This document shows positions 1-14,399 of a stretch of 64,000 bases of DNA, piece after piece. The notes below the pieces were generated by a model. That model was not told the DNA's origin. It saw only the letters and a list, made by a program, of their open reading frames with translations, and did no database searches. How positions within the stretch are numbered: the first letter of the stretch is position 1; every line of letters starts with the position of its first letter. The DNA is from Eledone cirrhosa. Taxonomy: Eukaryota. Where the stretch lies: assembly GCA_964016885.1 (NCBI GenBank), contig OZ024744.1:121954001-122018000 (forward strand), given 5' to 3'. The position numbers and the translations under genes are program-made.

Positions 1-3000
1 ACATGACCCAACCATCTCACTCTATCTCTCTTCACAACATCCATCACTACCTCTATTCCTCTCACCCAGTCACTTTTATCCTTCCTCAACACATGACCCA
101 ACCATCTCACACTATCTCTCTTCACAACATCCATCACTACCTCTATTCCTCTCACCCAGTCACTTTCATACTTCCTCAACACATGAGCCAACTATCTCAC
201 ACTATCTCTCTTCACAACATCCAACACTAGCTCTGTTCCTCTCACCCAGTCTCTTTCAACCTTCCTCAACACATGACCTAACCATCTCACACTATCTCTC
301 TTCACAACATCCATCACTACCTCCATTCCTCTCAGCCAGTCACTTTTATCCTTCCTCAACACATGACCCAACCATCTCACACTATCTCTCTTCACAACAT
401 CCATCACTACCTCTATTCCTCTCACCCAGTCACTTTCATACTTCCTCAACACATGAGCCAATCATCTCACACTATCTCCCTTTACAACATCCATCACTAC
501 CTCTATTCCTCTCACCCAGACACATTCATACTTCCTCAACAAAGGACCCAACCATCTCACACTATCTCTCTTCACAACATCCATAACTATCTCTATTCCT
601 CTCACCCAGTCACTTTTATCCTTCCTCAACACATGATCCAACCATCTCACACTATCTCTCTTCACAACATCCATCACTACCTCCATTCCTCTCAGCCAGT
701 CACATTCATACTTCCTCAACACATGACCCATCCATCTCACACTATCTCTCTTCACAACATCCATCACTACCTCTGTTCCTCTTACCCAGTCAAGTTTATC
801 CTTCCTCAACACATGACCCAACCATCTCACACTATCTCTCTTCACAACATCCATTACTACCTCTATTGCTCTCACCCAGTCAATTTTATCCTTCCTCAAC
901 ACATGACCTAACCATCTCACACTATCTCTCCTCACAACATCCATCACTACCTCTATTCCTCTCACCCAGTCACATTCATACTTCCTCAACACATAACCCA
1001 ACCATCTCACACTGTCTCTCTTCACAACATCCATCACTACCTCTATTCTCACCCAGTCACTTTTATACTTCCTCAACACATGACCCAACCATCTCACACT
1101 ATCTCTCTTCACAACATCCATCACTACCTCTATTCCTCTCATCCAGTCACTTTTATCCTTCCCAAACACATGACCCAACCATCTCACACTATCTCTCTTC
1201 ACAACATCCATCACTACCTCTATTCCTTTCACCCAGTCACTTTTATCCTTCCTCAACACATGACCCAACTATCTCACACGATCACCCTTCACAACATCCA
1301 TCACTACCTCTATTCCTCTCACCCAGTCACTTTCATACTTCCTCAACACATGACCCGACCATCTCACACTATCTCTCTTCACAACATCCATCACTACCTC
1401 TGTTTCTCTCACCCAGTCACATTCATACTTCCTCAACTCATGACCCAACCATCTCACACTATCTCTCTTCACAACATCCATCACTACCTTTATTCCTCTC
1501 ACACAGTCACTTTCATACTTCCTCAACACATGACCCAACCATCTCACACTATCTCTCTTCACAACATCCATTACTACCTCTATTGCTCTCACCCAGTCAC
1601 TTTTATCCTTCCTCAACACATGACCCAACCATCTCACACGATCACCCTTCACAACATCCATCACTACCTCTATTCCTCTCACCCAGTCAATTTCATACTT
1701 CCTCAACACATGACCTAACCATCTCACACTATCTCTCTTCACAACATCCATCACTACCTCTATACCTCTCACCCAGTCACTTTCATACTTCCTCAACACA
1801 TGACCCAACCATCTCACACTATCTCTCTTCACAACATCCATCACTACCTCTATTCCTATCACCCAGTCACATTCATACTTCCTCAACACAGGACCCAACC
1901 ATCTCACACTATCTCTCTTCACAACATCCATCACTACCTCTGTTCCTCTCACCCAGTCACTTTTATCCTTCCTCAACACATGACCCAACCATCTCACACT
2001 ATCTCTCTTTACAACATCCATCACTACCTCTATTCCTCTCACCCAGTCACTTTCATCCTTCCTCAACACATGATCCAACCATCTCACACTATCTCTCCTC
2101 ACAACATCCATCACTACCTCTATTCCTCTCACCCAGTCACTTTTATCCTTCCTCAACACATGACCCAACCATCTCACACTATCTCTCTTCACAACATCCA
2201 TCACTACCTCCATTCCTCTCAGCCAGGCACATTCATACTTCCTCAACACATGACCCAACCATCTCACACTATCTCTCTTCACAACATCCATCACTACCTC
2301 TATTCCTCTCACACAGTCACTTTCATACTTCCTCAACACATGACCCAACCATCTCACACTATCACTCTTCACAACATCCATCACAACCTCTATTCCTCTT
2401 ACCCAGTCACCTTTATCCTTCCTGAACACATGAACCAACCATCTCACACTATCTCTCTTCACAACATCCATTACTACCTGTATTCCTCTCACACAGTCAC
2501 TTTCATACTTCCTCAACACATGACCCAACCATCTCACACTATCTCACTTCACAACATCCATTACTACCTCTATTGCTCTCACCCAGTCACTTTTATCCTT
2601 CCTCAACACATGACCCAACCATCTCACACTATCTCTCTTCACAACATCCATCACTACCTCTATTCCTCTCACCCAGTCACATTCATACTTCCTCAACACA
2701 TGACCCAACCATCTCACACTGTCTCTCTTCACAAAATCCATCACTACCTCTATTCCTCTCACCCTGTCACTTTTAACCTTCCTCAACACATGACCCAACC
2801 GTCTCAGACTATCTCTCTTCACAACATCCATCACTACCTCTATTCCTCTCACCCAGTCACTTTTATCCTTCCTCAACACATGACCCAACCATCTCACACT
2901 ATCTCTCTTCACAACATCCATCACTACCTCTATTCCTCTCACCCAGTCACATTCATACTCCCTCAACACATGACCCAACCATCTCACACTATCTCTCTTC

Positions 3001-3627
3001 ACAACATCCATTACTACCTGTATTCCTCTCACCCAGTCACTTTCATACTTCCTCAACACATGACCCAACCATCTCACACTATCTCACTTCACAACATCCA
3101 TTACTACCTCTATTGCTCTCACCCAGTCAATTTTATCCTTCCTCAACACATGACCCAACCATCTCACACTATCTCTCTTCACAACATCCATCACTACCTT
3201 TATTCCTTTCACCCAGTCACTTTTATCCTTCCTCAACACATGACCCAACCATCTCACACGATCACCCTTCACAACATCCATCACTACCTCTATTCCTCTC
3301 ACCCAGTCACTTTCATACTTCCTCAACACATGACCCAACCATCTCACACTATCTCTCTTCACAACATCCATCACTACCTCTGTTTCTCTCACCCAGTCAC
3401 ATTCATACTTCCTCAACACATGACCCAACCATCTCACACTATCTCTCTTCACAACATCCATCACTACCTCTGTTCCTCTTACCCAGTCAAGTTTATCCTT
3501 CCTCAACACATGACCCAACCATCTCACACTATCTCTCTTCACAACATCCATTACTACCTGTATTCCTCTCACCCAGTCACTTTTATCATTCCTCAACACA
3601 TGACCCAACCATCTCACACGATCACCC

Positions 3628-6600
3628 TTCACAACATCCATCACTACCTCTATTCCTCTCACCCAGTCAATTTCATACTTCCTCAACACATGACCCAACC
3701 ATCTCACACTATCTCTCTTCACAACATCCATCACTACCTCTATACCTCTCACCCAGTCACTTTCATACTTCCTCAACACATGACCCAACCATCTCAAACT
3801 ATCTCTCTTCACAACATCCATCACTACCTCTATTCCTCTCACCCAGTCACTTTTATCCTTCCTCAACACATGACCCAACAATCTCACACTATCTCTCTTC
3901 ACAACATCCATCACTACCTCTATTCCTCTCACCCAGTCACTTTTATCCTTCCTCAACACATGACGCAACCATCTCACACGATCACTCTTCACAACATCCA
4001 TCACTACCTCTATTCCTCTCACCCAGTCACTTTCATACTTCCTCAACACATGACCCAACCATCTCACACTATCTCTCTTCACGACATTCATCACTACATC
4101 TATTCCTCTCACCCAGTCACTTTTATCCTTCCTCAACACATGACCCAACCATCTCACACTATCTCTCTTCACAACATCCATCACTACCTCTATTCCTCTC
4201 ACCCAGTCTCTTTCATACTACCTCAACAAATGAGCCAACCATCTCACACTATCTCTCTTCACAACATCCAGCACTACCTCTGTTCCTCTCACCCAGTCTC
4301 TTTCAACCTTCCTCAACACATGACCTAACCATCTCAAACTATCTCTCTTCACAACATCCATCACTACCTCCATTCCTCTCAGCCAGTCATTTTTATCCTT
4401 CCTCAACTCATGACCCAACCATCTCACACTATCTCTCTTCACAACATCCATCACTACCTCTATTCCTCTCACCCAGTCACTTTCATACTTCCTCAACACA
4501 TGAGCCAATCATCTCACACTATCTCCCTTTACAACATCCATCATTACCTCTATTCCTCTCACCCAGTCACATTCATACTTCCTCAATACATGACCCAACC
4601 ATCTCACACTATCTCTCTTCACAACATCCATAACTAGCTCTATTCCTCTCACCCAGTCACTTTTATCCTTCCTCAACACATGACCCAACCATCTCACACT
4701 ATCTCTCTTCACAACATCCATCACTACCTCTATTCCTCTCATCCAGTCACTTTTATCCTTCCTCAACACATGACCCAACCATCTCACACGATCACCCTTC
4801 ACAACATCCATCACTACATCTATTCCTCTCACCCAGTCACTTTCATACTTCCTCAACACATGACCCAACCATCTCACACTATCTCTCTTCCCAACATCCA
4901 TCACTACCTCTGTTACTCTCACCCAGTCACATTCATACTTCCTCAACACATGACCCAACCATCTCACACTATCTCCCTTCACAACATCCATTACTACCTG
5001 TATTCCTCTCACCCAGTCACTTTCATACTTCCTCAACACATGACACAACCATCTCACACTGTCTCTCTTCACAACATCCATCACTACCTCTATTCCTCTC
5101 ACCCAGTCACTTTTATCCTTCCTCAACACATGACCCAACCATCTCACACTATCTCTCTTCACAACATCCATCACTACCTCTATTCCTCTCATCCAGTCAC
5201 TTTTATCCTTCCCAAACACATGACCCAACCATCTCACACTATCTCTCTTCACAACATCCATCACTACCTCTATTCCTTTCACCCAGTCACTTTTATCCTT
5301 CCTCAACACATGACCCAACCATCTCACACGATCACCCTTCACAACATCCATCACTACCTCTATTCCTCTCACCCAGTCACTTTCATACTTCCTCAACACA
5401 TGACCCGACCATCTCACACTATCTCTCTTCACAACATCCATCACTACCTCTGTTTCTCTCACCCAGTCACATTCATACTTCCTCAACTCATGACCCAACC
5501 ATCTCACACTATCTCTCTTCACAACATACATCACTACCTTTATTCCTCTCACACAGTCACTTTCATACTTCCTCAACACATGACCCAACCATCTCACACT
5601 ATCTCTCTTCACAACATCCATTACTACCTCTATTGCTCTCACCCAGTCACTTTTATCCTTCCTCAACACATGACCCAACCATCTCACACGATCACCCTTC
5701 ACAACATCCATCACTACCTCTATTCCTCTCACCCAGTCAATTTCATACTTCCTCAACACATGACCTAACCATCTCACACTATCTCTCTTCACAACATCCA
5801 TCACTACCTCTATACCTCTCACCCAGTCACTTTCATACTTCCTCAACACATGACCCAACCATCTCACACTATCTCTCTTCACAACATCCATCACTACCTC
5901 TATTCCTATCACCCAGTCACATTCATACTTCCTCAACACAGGACCCAACCATCTCACACTATCTCTCTTCACAACATCCATCACTACCTCTGTTCCTCTC
6001 ACCCAGTCACTTTTATCCTTCCTCAACACATGACCCAACCATCTCACACTATCTCTCTTTACAACATCCATCACTACCTCTATTCCTCTCACCCAGTCAC
6101 TTTTATCCTTCCTCAACACATGATCAAACCATCTCACACTATCTCTCCTCACAACATCCATCACTACCTCTATTCCTCTCACCCAGTCACTTTTATCCTT
6201 CCTCAACACATGACCCAACCATCTCACACTATCTCTCTTCACAACATCCATCACTACCTCCATTCCTCTCAGCCAGTCACATTCATACTTCCTCAACACA
6301 TGACCCAACCATCTCACACTATCTCTCTTCACAACATCCATCACTACCTCTATTCCTCTCACACAGTCACTTTCATACTTCCTCAACACATGACCCAACC
6401 ATCTCACACTATCACTCTTCACAACATCCATCACAACCTCTATTCCTCTTACCCAGTCACCTTTATCCTTCCTGAACACATGAACCAACCATCTCACACT
6501 ATCTCTCTTCACAACATCCATCACTACCTCTATTCCTCTCACCCAGTCAATTTCATACTTCCTCAACACATGACCCAACCATCTCACACTATCTCTCTTC

Positions 6601-9400
6601 ACAACATCCATCACTACCTCTATACCTCTCACCCAGTCACTTTCATACTTCCTCAACACATGACCCAACCATCTCAAACTATCTCTCTTCACAACATCCA
6701 TCACTACCTCTATTCCTCTCACCCAGTCACTTTTATCCTTCCTCAACACATGACCCAACAATCTCACACTATCTCTCTTCACAACATCCATCACTACCTC
6801 TATTCCTCTCACCCAGTCACTTTTATCCTTCCTCAACACATGACGCAACCATCTCACACGATCACTCTTCACAACATCCATCACTACCTCTATTCCTCTC
6901 ACCCAGTCACTTTCATACTTCCTCAACACATGACCCAACCATCTCACACTATCTCTCTTCACGACATTCATCACTACATCTATTCCTCTCACCCAGTCAC
7001 TTTTATCCTTCCTCAACACATGACCCAACCATCTCACACTATCTCTCTTCACAACATCCATCACTACCTCTATTCCTCTCACCCAGTCTCTTTCATACTA
7101 CCTCAACAAATGAGCCAACCATCTCACACTATCTCTCTTCACAACATCCAGCACTACCTCTGTTCCTCTCACCCAGTCTCTTTCAACCTTCCTCAACACA
7201 TGACCTAACCATCTCAAACTATCTCTCTTCACAACATCCATCACTACCTCCATTCCTCTCAGCCAGTCATTTTTATCCTTCCTCAACTCATGACCCAACC
7301 ATCTCACACTATCTCTCTTCACAACATCCATCACTACCTCTATTCCTCTCACCCAGTCACTTTCATACTTCCTCAACACATGAGCCAATCATCTCACACT
7401 ATCTCCCTTTACAACATCCATCATTACCTCTATTCCTCTCACCCAGTCACATTCATACTTCCTCAATACATGACCCAACCATCTCACACTATCTCTCTTC
7501 ACAACATCCATAACTAGCTCTATTCCTCTCACCCAGTCACTTTTATCCTTCCTCAACACATGACCCAACCATCTCACACTATCTCTCTTCACAACATCCA
7601 TCACTACCTCTATTCCTCTCATCCAGTCACTTTTATCCTTCCTCAACACATGACCCAACCATCTCACACGATCACCCTTCACAACATCCATCACTACATC
7701 TATTCCTCTCACCCAGTCACTTTCATACTTCCTCAACACATGACCCAACCATCTCACACTATCTCTCTTCCCAACATCCATCACTACCTCTGTTACTCTC
7801 ACCCAGTCACATTCATACTTCCTCAACACATGACCCAACCATCTCACACTATCTCCCTTCACAACATCCATTACTACCTGTATTCCTCTCACCCAGTCAC
7901 TTTCATACTTCCTCAACACATGACACAACCATCTCACACTGTCTCTCTTCACAACATCCATCACTACCTCTATTCCTCTCACCCAGTCACTTTTATCCTT
8001 CCTCAACACATGACCCAACCATCTCACACTATCTCTCTTCACAACATCCATCACTACCTCTATTCCTCTCATCCAGTCACTTTTATCCTTCCCAAACACA
8101 TGACCCAACCATCTCACACTATCTCTCTTCACAACATCCATCACTACCTCTATTCCTTTCACCCAGTCACTTTTATCCTTCCTCAACACATGACCCAACC
8201 ATCTCACACGATCACCCTTCACAACATCCATCACTACCTCTATTCCTCTCACCCAGTCACTTTCATACTTCCTCAACACATGACCCGACCATCTCACACT
8301 ATCTCTCTTCACAACATCCATCACTACCTCTGTTTCTCTCACCCAGTCACATTCATACTTCCTCAACTCATGACCCAACCATCTCACACTATCTCTCTTC
8401 ACAACATACATCACTACCTTTATTCCTCTCACACAGTCACTTTCATACTTCCTCAACACATGACCCAACCATCTCACACTATCTCTCTTCACAACATCCA
8501 TTACTACCTCTATTGCTCTCACCCAGTCACTTTTATCCTTCCTCAACACATGACCCAACCATCTCACACGATCACCCTTCACAACATCCATCACTACCTC
8601 TATTCCTCTCACCCAGTCAATTTCATACTTCCTCAACACATGACCTAACCATCTCACACTATCTCTCTTCACAACATCCATCACTACCTCTATACCTCTC
8701 ACCCAGTCACTTTCATACTTCCTCAACACATGACCCAACCATCTCACACTATCTCTCTTCACAACATCCATCACTACCTCTATTCCTATCACCCAGTCAC
8801 ATTCATACTTCCTCAACACAGGACCCAACCATCTCACACTATCTCTCTTCACAACATCCATCACTACCTCTGTTCCTCTCACCCAGTCACTTTTATCCTT
8901 CCTCAACACATGACCCAACCATCTCACACTATCTCTCTTTACAACATCCATCACTACCTCTATTCCTCTCACCCAGTCACTTTTATCCTTCCTCAACACA
9001 TGATCAAACCATCTCACACTATCTCTCCTCACAACATCCATCACTACCTCTATTCCTCTCACCCAGTCACTTTTATCCTTCCTCAACACATGACCCAACC
9101 ATCTCACACTATCTCTCTTCACAACATCCATCACTACCTCCATTCCTCTCAGCCAGTCACATTCATACTTCCTCAACACATGACCCAACCATCTCACACT
9201 ATCTCTCTTCACAACATCCATCACTACCTCTATTCCTCTCACACAGTCACTTTCATACTTCCTCAACACATGACCCAACCATCTCACACTATCACTCTTC
9301 ACAACATCCATCACAACCTCTATTCCTCTTACCCAGTCACCTTTATCCTTCCTGAACACATGAACCAACCATCTCACACTATCTCTCTTCACAACATCCA
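3628..9400. repeat. Recent 2880-bp (32-monomer) tandem duplication within the array
   Basis: Rare variants recur at exactly +2880: 'catactacctcaacaaatgagcc' near 4214/7094, 'acaacataca' at 5521/8401 and 'tgatcaaacc' at 6121/9001. ORF pairs 4680..5768/7560..8648 and 5633..6475/8513..9355 have identical translations. Confidence 0.93.
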
Positions 9401-12400
9401 TTACTACCTGTATTCCTCTCACACAGTCACTTTCATACTTCCTCAACACATGACCCAACCATCTCACACTATCTCACTTCACAACATCCATTACTACCTC
9501 TATTGCTCTCACCCAGTCACTTTTATCCTTCCTCAACACATGACCCAACCATCTCACACTATCTCTCTTCACAACATCCATCACTACCTCTATTCCTCTC
9601 ACCCAGTCACATTCATACTTCCTCAACACATGACCCAACCATCTCACACTATCTCTCTTCACAACATCCATTACTACCTGTATTCCTCTCACCCAGTCAC
9701 TTTCATACTTCCTCAACACATGACCCAACCATCTCACACTATCTCACTTCACAACATCCATTACTACCTCTATTGCTCTCACCCAGTCAATTTTATCCTT
9801 CCTCAACACATGACCCAACCATCTCACACTATCTCTCTTCACAACATCCATCACTACCTTTATTCCTTTCACCCAGTCACTTTTATCCTTCCTCAACACA
9901 TGACCCAACCATCTCACACGATCACCCTTCACAACATCCATCACTACCTCTATTCCTCTCACACTGTCACTTTCATACTTCCTCAACACATGACCCAACC
10001 ATCTCACACTATCTCTCTTCACAACATCCATCACTACCTCTATTCCTATCACCCAGTCACATTCATACTTCCTCAACACAGGACCCAACCATCTCACACT
10101 ATCTCTCTTCACAACATCCATCACTACCTTTATTCCTCTCACACAGTCACTTTCATACTTCCTCAACACATGACCCAACCATCTCACACTATCTCTCTTC
10201 ACAACATCCATTACTACCTCTATTGCTCTCACCCAGTCACTTTTATCCTTCCTCAACACATGACCCAACCATCTCACACGATCACCCTTCACAACATCCA
10301 TCACTACCTCTATTCCTCTCACCCAGTCAATTTCATACTTCCTCAACACATGACCTAACCATCTCACACTATCTCTCTTCACAACATCCATCACTACCTC
10401 TATACCTCTCACCCAGTCACTTTCATACTTCCTCAACACATGACCCAACCATCTCACACTATCTCTCTTCACAACATCCATCACTACCTCTATTCCTATC
10501 ACCCAGTCACATTCATACTTCCTCAACACAGGACCCAACCATCTCACACTATCTCTCTTCACAACATCCATCACTACCTCTGTTCCTCTCACCCAGTCAC
10601 TTTTATCCTTCCTCAACACATGATCCAACCATCTCACACTATCTCTCCTCACAACATCCATCACTACCTCTATTCCTCTCACCCAGTCACTTTTATCCTT
10701 CCTCAACACATGACCCAACCATCTCACACTATCTCTCTTCACAACATCCATCACTACCTCCATTCCTCTCAGCCAGTCACATTCATACTTCCTCAACACA
10801 TGACCCAACCATCTCACACTATCTCTCTTCACAACATCCATCACTACCTCTATTCCTCTCACACAGTCACTTTCATACTTCCTCAACACATGACCCAACC
10901 ATCTCACACTATCACTCTTCACAACATCCATCACAACCTCTATTCCTCTTACCCAGTCACCTTTATCCTTCCTGAACACATGAACCAACCATCTCACACT
11001 ATCTCTCTTCACAACATCCATTACTACCTGTATTCCTCTCACACAGTCACTTTCATACTTCCTCAACACATGACCCAACCATCTCACACTATCTCACTTC
11101 ACAACATCCATTACTACCTCTATTGCTCTCACCCAGTCACTTTTATCCTTCCTCAACACATGACCCAACCATCTCACACTATCTCTCTTCACAACATCCA
11201 TCACTACCTCTATTCCTCTCACCCAGTCACATTCATACTTCCTCAACACATGACCCAACCATCTCACACTGTCTCTCTTCACAAAATCCATCACTACCTC
11301 TATTCCTCTCACCCAGTCACTTTTAACCTTCCTCAACACATGACCCAACCGTCTCAGACTATCTCTCTTCACAACATCCATCACTACCTCTATTCCTCTC
11401 ACCCAGTCACTTTTATCCTTCCTCAACACATGACCCAACCATCTCACACTATCTCTCTTCACAACATCCATCACTACCTCTATTCCTCTCACCCAGTCAC
11501 ATTCATACTCCCTCAACACATGACCCAACCATCTCACACTATCTCTCTTCACAACATCCATTACTACCTGTATTCCTCTCACCCAGTCACTTTCATACTT
11601 CCTCAACACATGACCCAACCATCTCACACTATCTCACTTCACAACATCCATTACTACCTCTATTGCTCTCACCCAGTCAATTTTATCCTTCCTCAACACA
11701 TGACCCAACCATCTCACACTATCTCTCTTCACAACATCCATCACTACCTTTATTCCTTTCACCCAGTCACTTTTATCCTTCCTCAACACATGACCCAACC
11801 ATCTCACACGATCACCCTTCACAACATCCATCACTACCTCTATTCCTCTCACCCAGTCACTTTCATACTTCCTCAACACATGACCCAACCATCTCACACT
11901 ATCTCTCTTCACAACATCCATCACTACCTCTGTTTCTCTCACCCAGTCACATTCATACTTCCTCAACACATGACCCAACCATCTCACACTATCTCACTTC
12001 ACAACATCCATCACTACCTCTGTTCCTCTTACCCAGTCAAGTTTATCCTTCCTCAACACATGACCCAACCATCTCACACTATCTCTCTTCACAACATCCA
12101 TTACTACCTGTATTCCTCTCACCCAGTCACTTTTATCCTTCCTCAACACATGACCCAACCATCTCACACGATCACCCTTCACAACATCCATCACTACCTC
12201 TATTCCTCTCACCCAGTCAATTTCATACTTCCTCAACACATGACCCAACCATCTCACACTATCTCTCTTCACAACATCCATCACTACCTCTATACCTCTC
12301 ACCCAGTCACTTTCATACTTCCTCAACACATGACCCAACCATCTCAAACTATCTCTCTTCACAACATCCATCACTACCTCTATTCCTCTCACCCAGTCAC

Positions 12401-14399
12401 TTTTATCCTTCCTCAACACATGACCCAACAATCTCACACTATCTCTCTTCACAACATCCATCACTACCTCTATTCCTCTCACCCAGTCACTTTTATCCTT
12501 CCTCAACACATGACGCAACCATCTCACACGATCACTCTTCACAACATCCATCACTACCTCTATTCCTCTCACCCAGTCACTTTCATACTTCCTCAACACA
12601 TGACCCAACCATCTCACACTATCTCTCTTCACGACATTCATCACTACATCTATTCCTCTCACCAAGTCACTTTTATCCTTCCTCAACACATGACCCAACC
12701 ATCTCACACTATCTCTCTTCACAACATCCATCACTACCTCTATTCCTCTCACCCAGTCTCTTTCATACTACCTCAACAAATGAGCCAACCATCTCACACT
12801 ATCTCTCTTCACAACATCCAGCACTACCTCTGTTCCTCTCACCCAGTCTCTTTCAACCTTCCTCAACACATGACCTAACCATCTCAAACTATCTCTCTTC
12901 ACAACATCCATCACTACCTCCATTCCTCTCAGCCAGTCATTTTTATCCTTCCTCAACTCATGACCCAACCATCTCACACTATCTCTCTTCACAACATCCA
13001 TCACTACCTCTATTCCTCTCACCCAGTCACTTTCATACTTCCTCAACACATGAGCCAATCATCTCACACTATCTCCCTTTACAACATCCATCATTACCTC
13101 TATTCCTCTCACCCAGTCACATTCATACTTCCTCAATACATGACCCAACCATCTCACACTATCTCTCTTCACAACATCCATAACTAGCTCTATTCCTCTC
13201 ACCCAGTCACTTTTATCCTTCCTCAACACATGACCCAACCATCTCACACTATCTCTCTTCACAACATCCATCACTACCTCTATTCCTCTCATCCAGTCAC
13301 TTTTATCCTTCCTCAACACATGACCCAACCATCTCACACGATCACCCTTCACAACATCCATCACTACATCTATTCCTCTCACCCAGTCACTTTCATACTT
13401 CCTCAACACATGACCCAACCATCTCACACTATCTCTCTTCACGACATTCATCACTACATCTATTCCTCTCACCCAGTCACTTTTATCCTTCCTCAACACA
13501 TGACCCAACCATCTCACACTATCTCTCTTCACAACATCCATCACTACCTCTATTCCTCTCACCCAGTCTCTTTCATACTTCCTCAACACATGACCCAACC
13601 ATCTCACACTATCTCCCTTCACAACATCCATTACTACCTGTATTCCTCTCACCCAGTCACTTTCATACTTCCTCAACACATGACACAACCATCTCACACT
13701 GTCTCTCTTCACAACATCCATCACTACCTCTGTTACTCTCACCCAGTCACATTCATACTTCCTCAACACATGACCCAACCATCTCACACTATCTCCCTTC
13801 ACAACATCCATTACTACCTGTATTCCTCTCACCCAGTCACTTTCATACTTCCTCAACACATGACACAACCATCTCACACTGTCTCTCTTCACAACATCCA
13901 TCACTACCTCTATTCCTCTCACCCAGTCACTTTTATCCTTCCTCAACACATGACCCAACCATCTCACACTATCTCTCTTCACAACATCCATCACTACCTC
14001 TATTCCTCTCATCCAGTCACTTTTATCCTTCCCAAACACATGACCCAACCATCTCACACTATCTCTCTTCACAACATCCATCACTACCTCTATTCCTTTC
14101 ACCCAGTCACTTTTATCCTTCCTCAACACATGACCCAACCATCTCACACGATCACCCTTCACAACATCCATCACTACCTCTATTCCTCTCACCCAGTCAC
14201 TTTCATACTTCCTCAACACATGACCCGACCATCTCACACTATCTCTCTTCACAACATCCATCACTACCTCTGTTTCTCTCACCCAGTCACATTCATACTT
14301 CCTCAACTCATGACCCAACCATCTCACACTATCTCTCTTCACAACATCCATCACTACCTTTATTCCTCTCACACAGTCACTTTCATACTTCCTCAACAC

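Noticed and set aside
1041-1050. In-frame 3-bp deletion as evidence of selection to keep the reading frame
   Set aside because: It is a single event in a cct/ctc slippage context, and the other 11 indels are all frameshifting.
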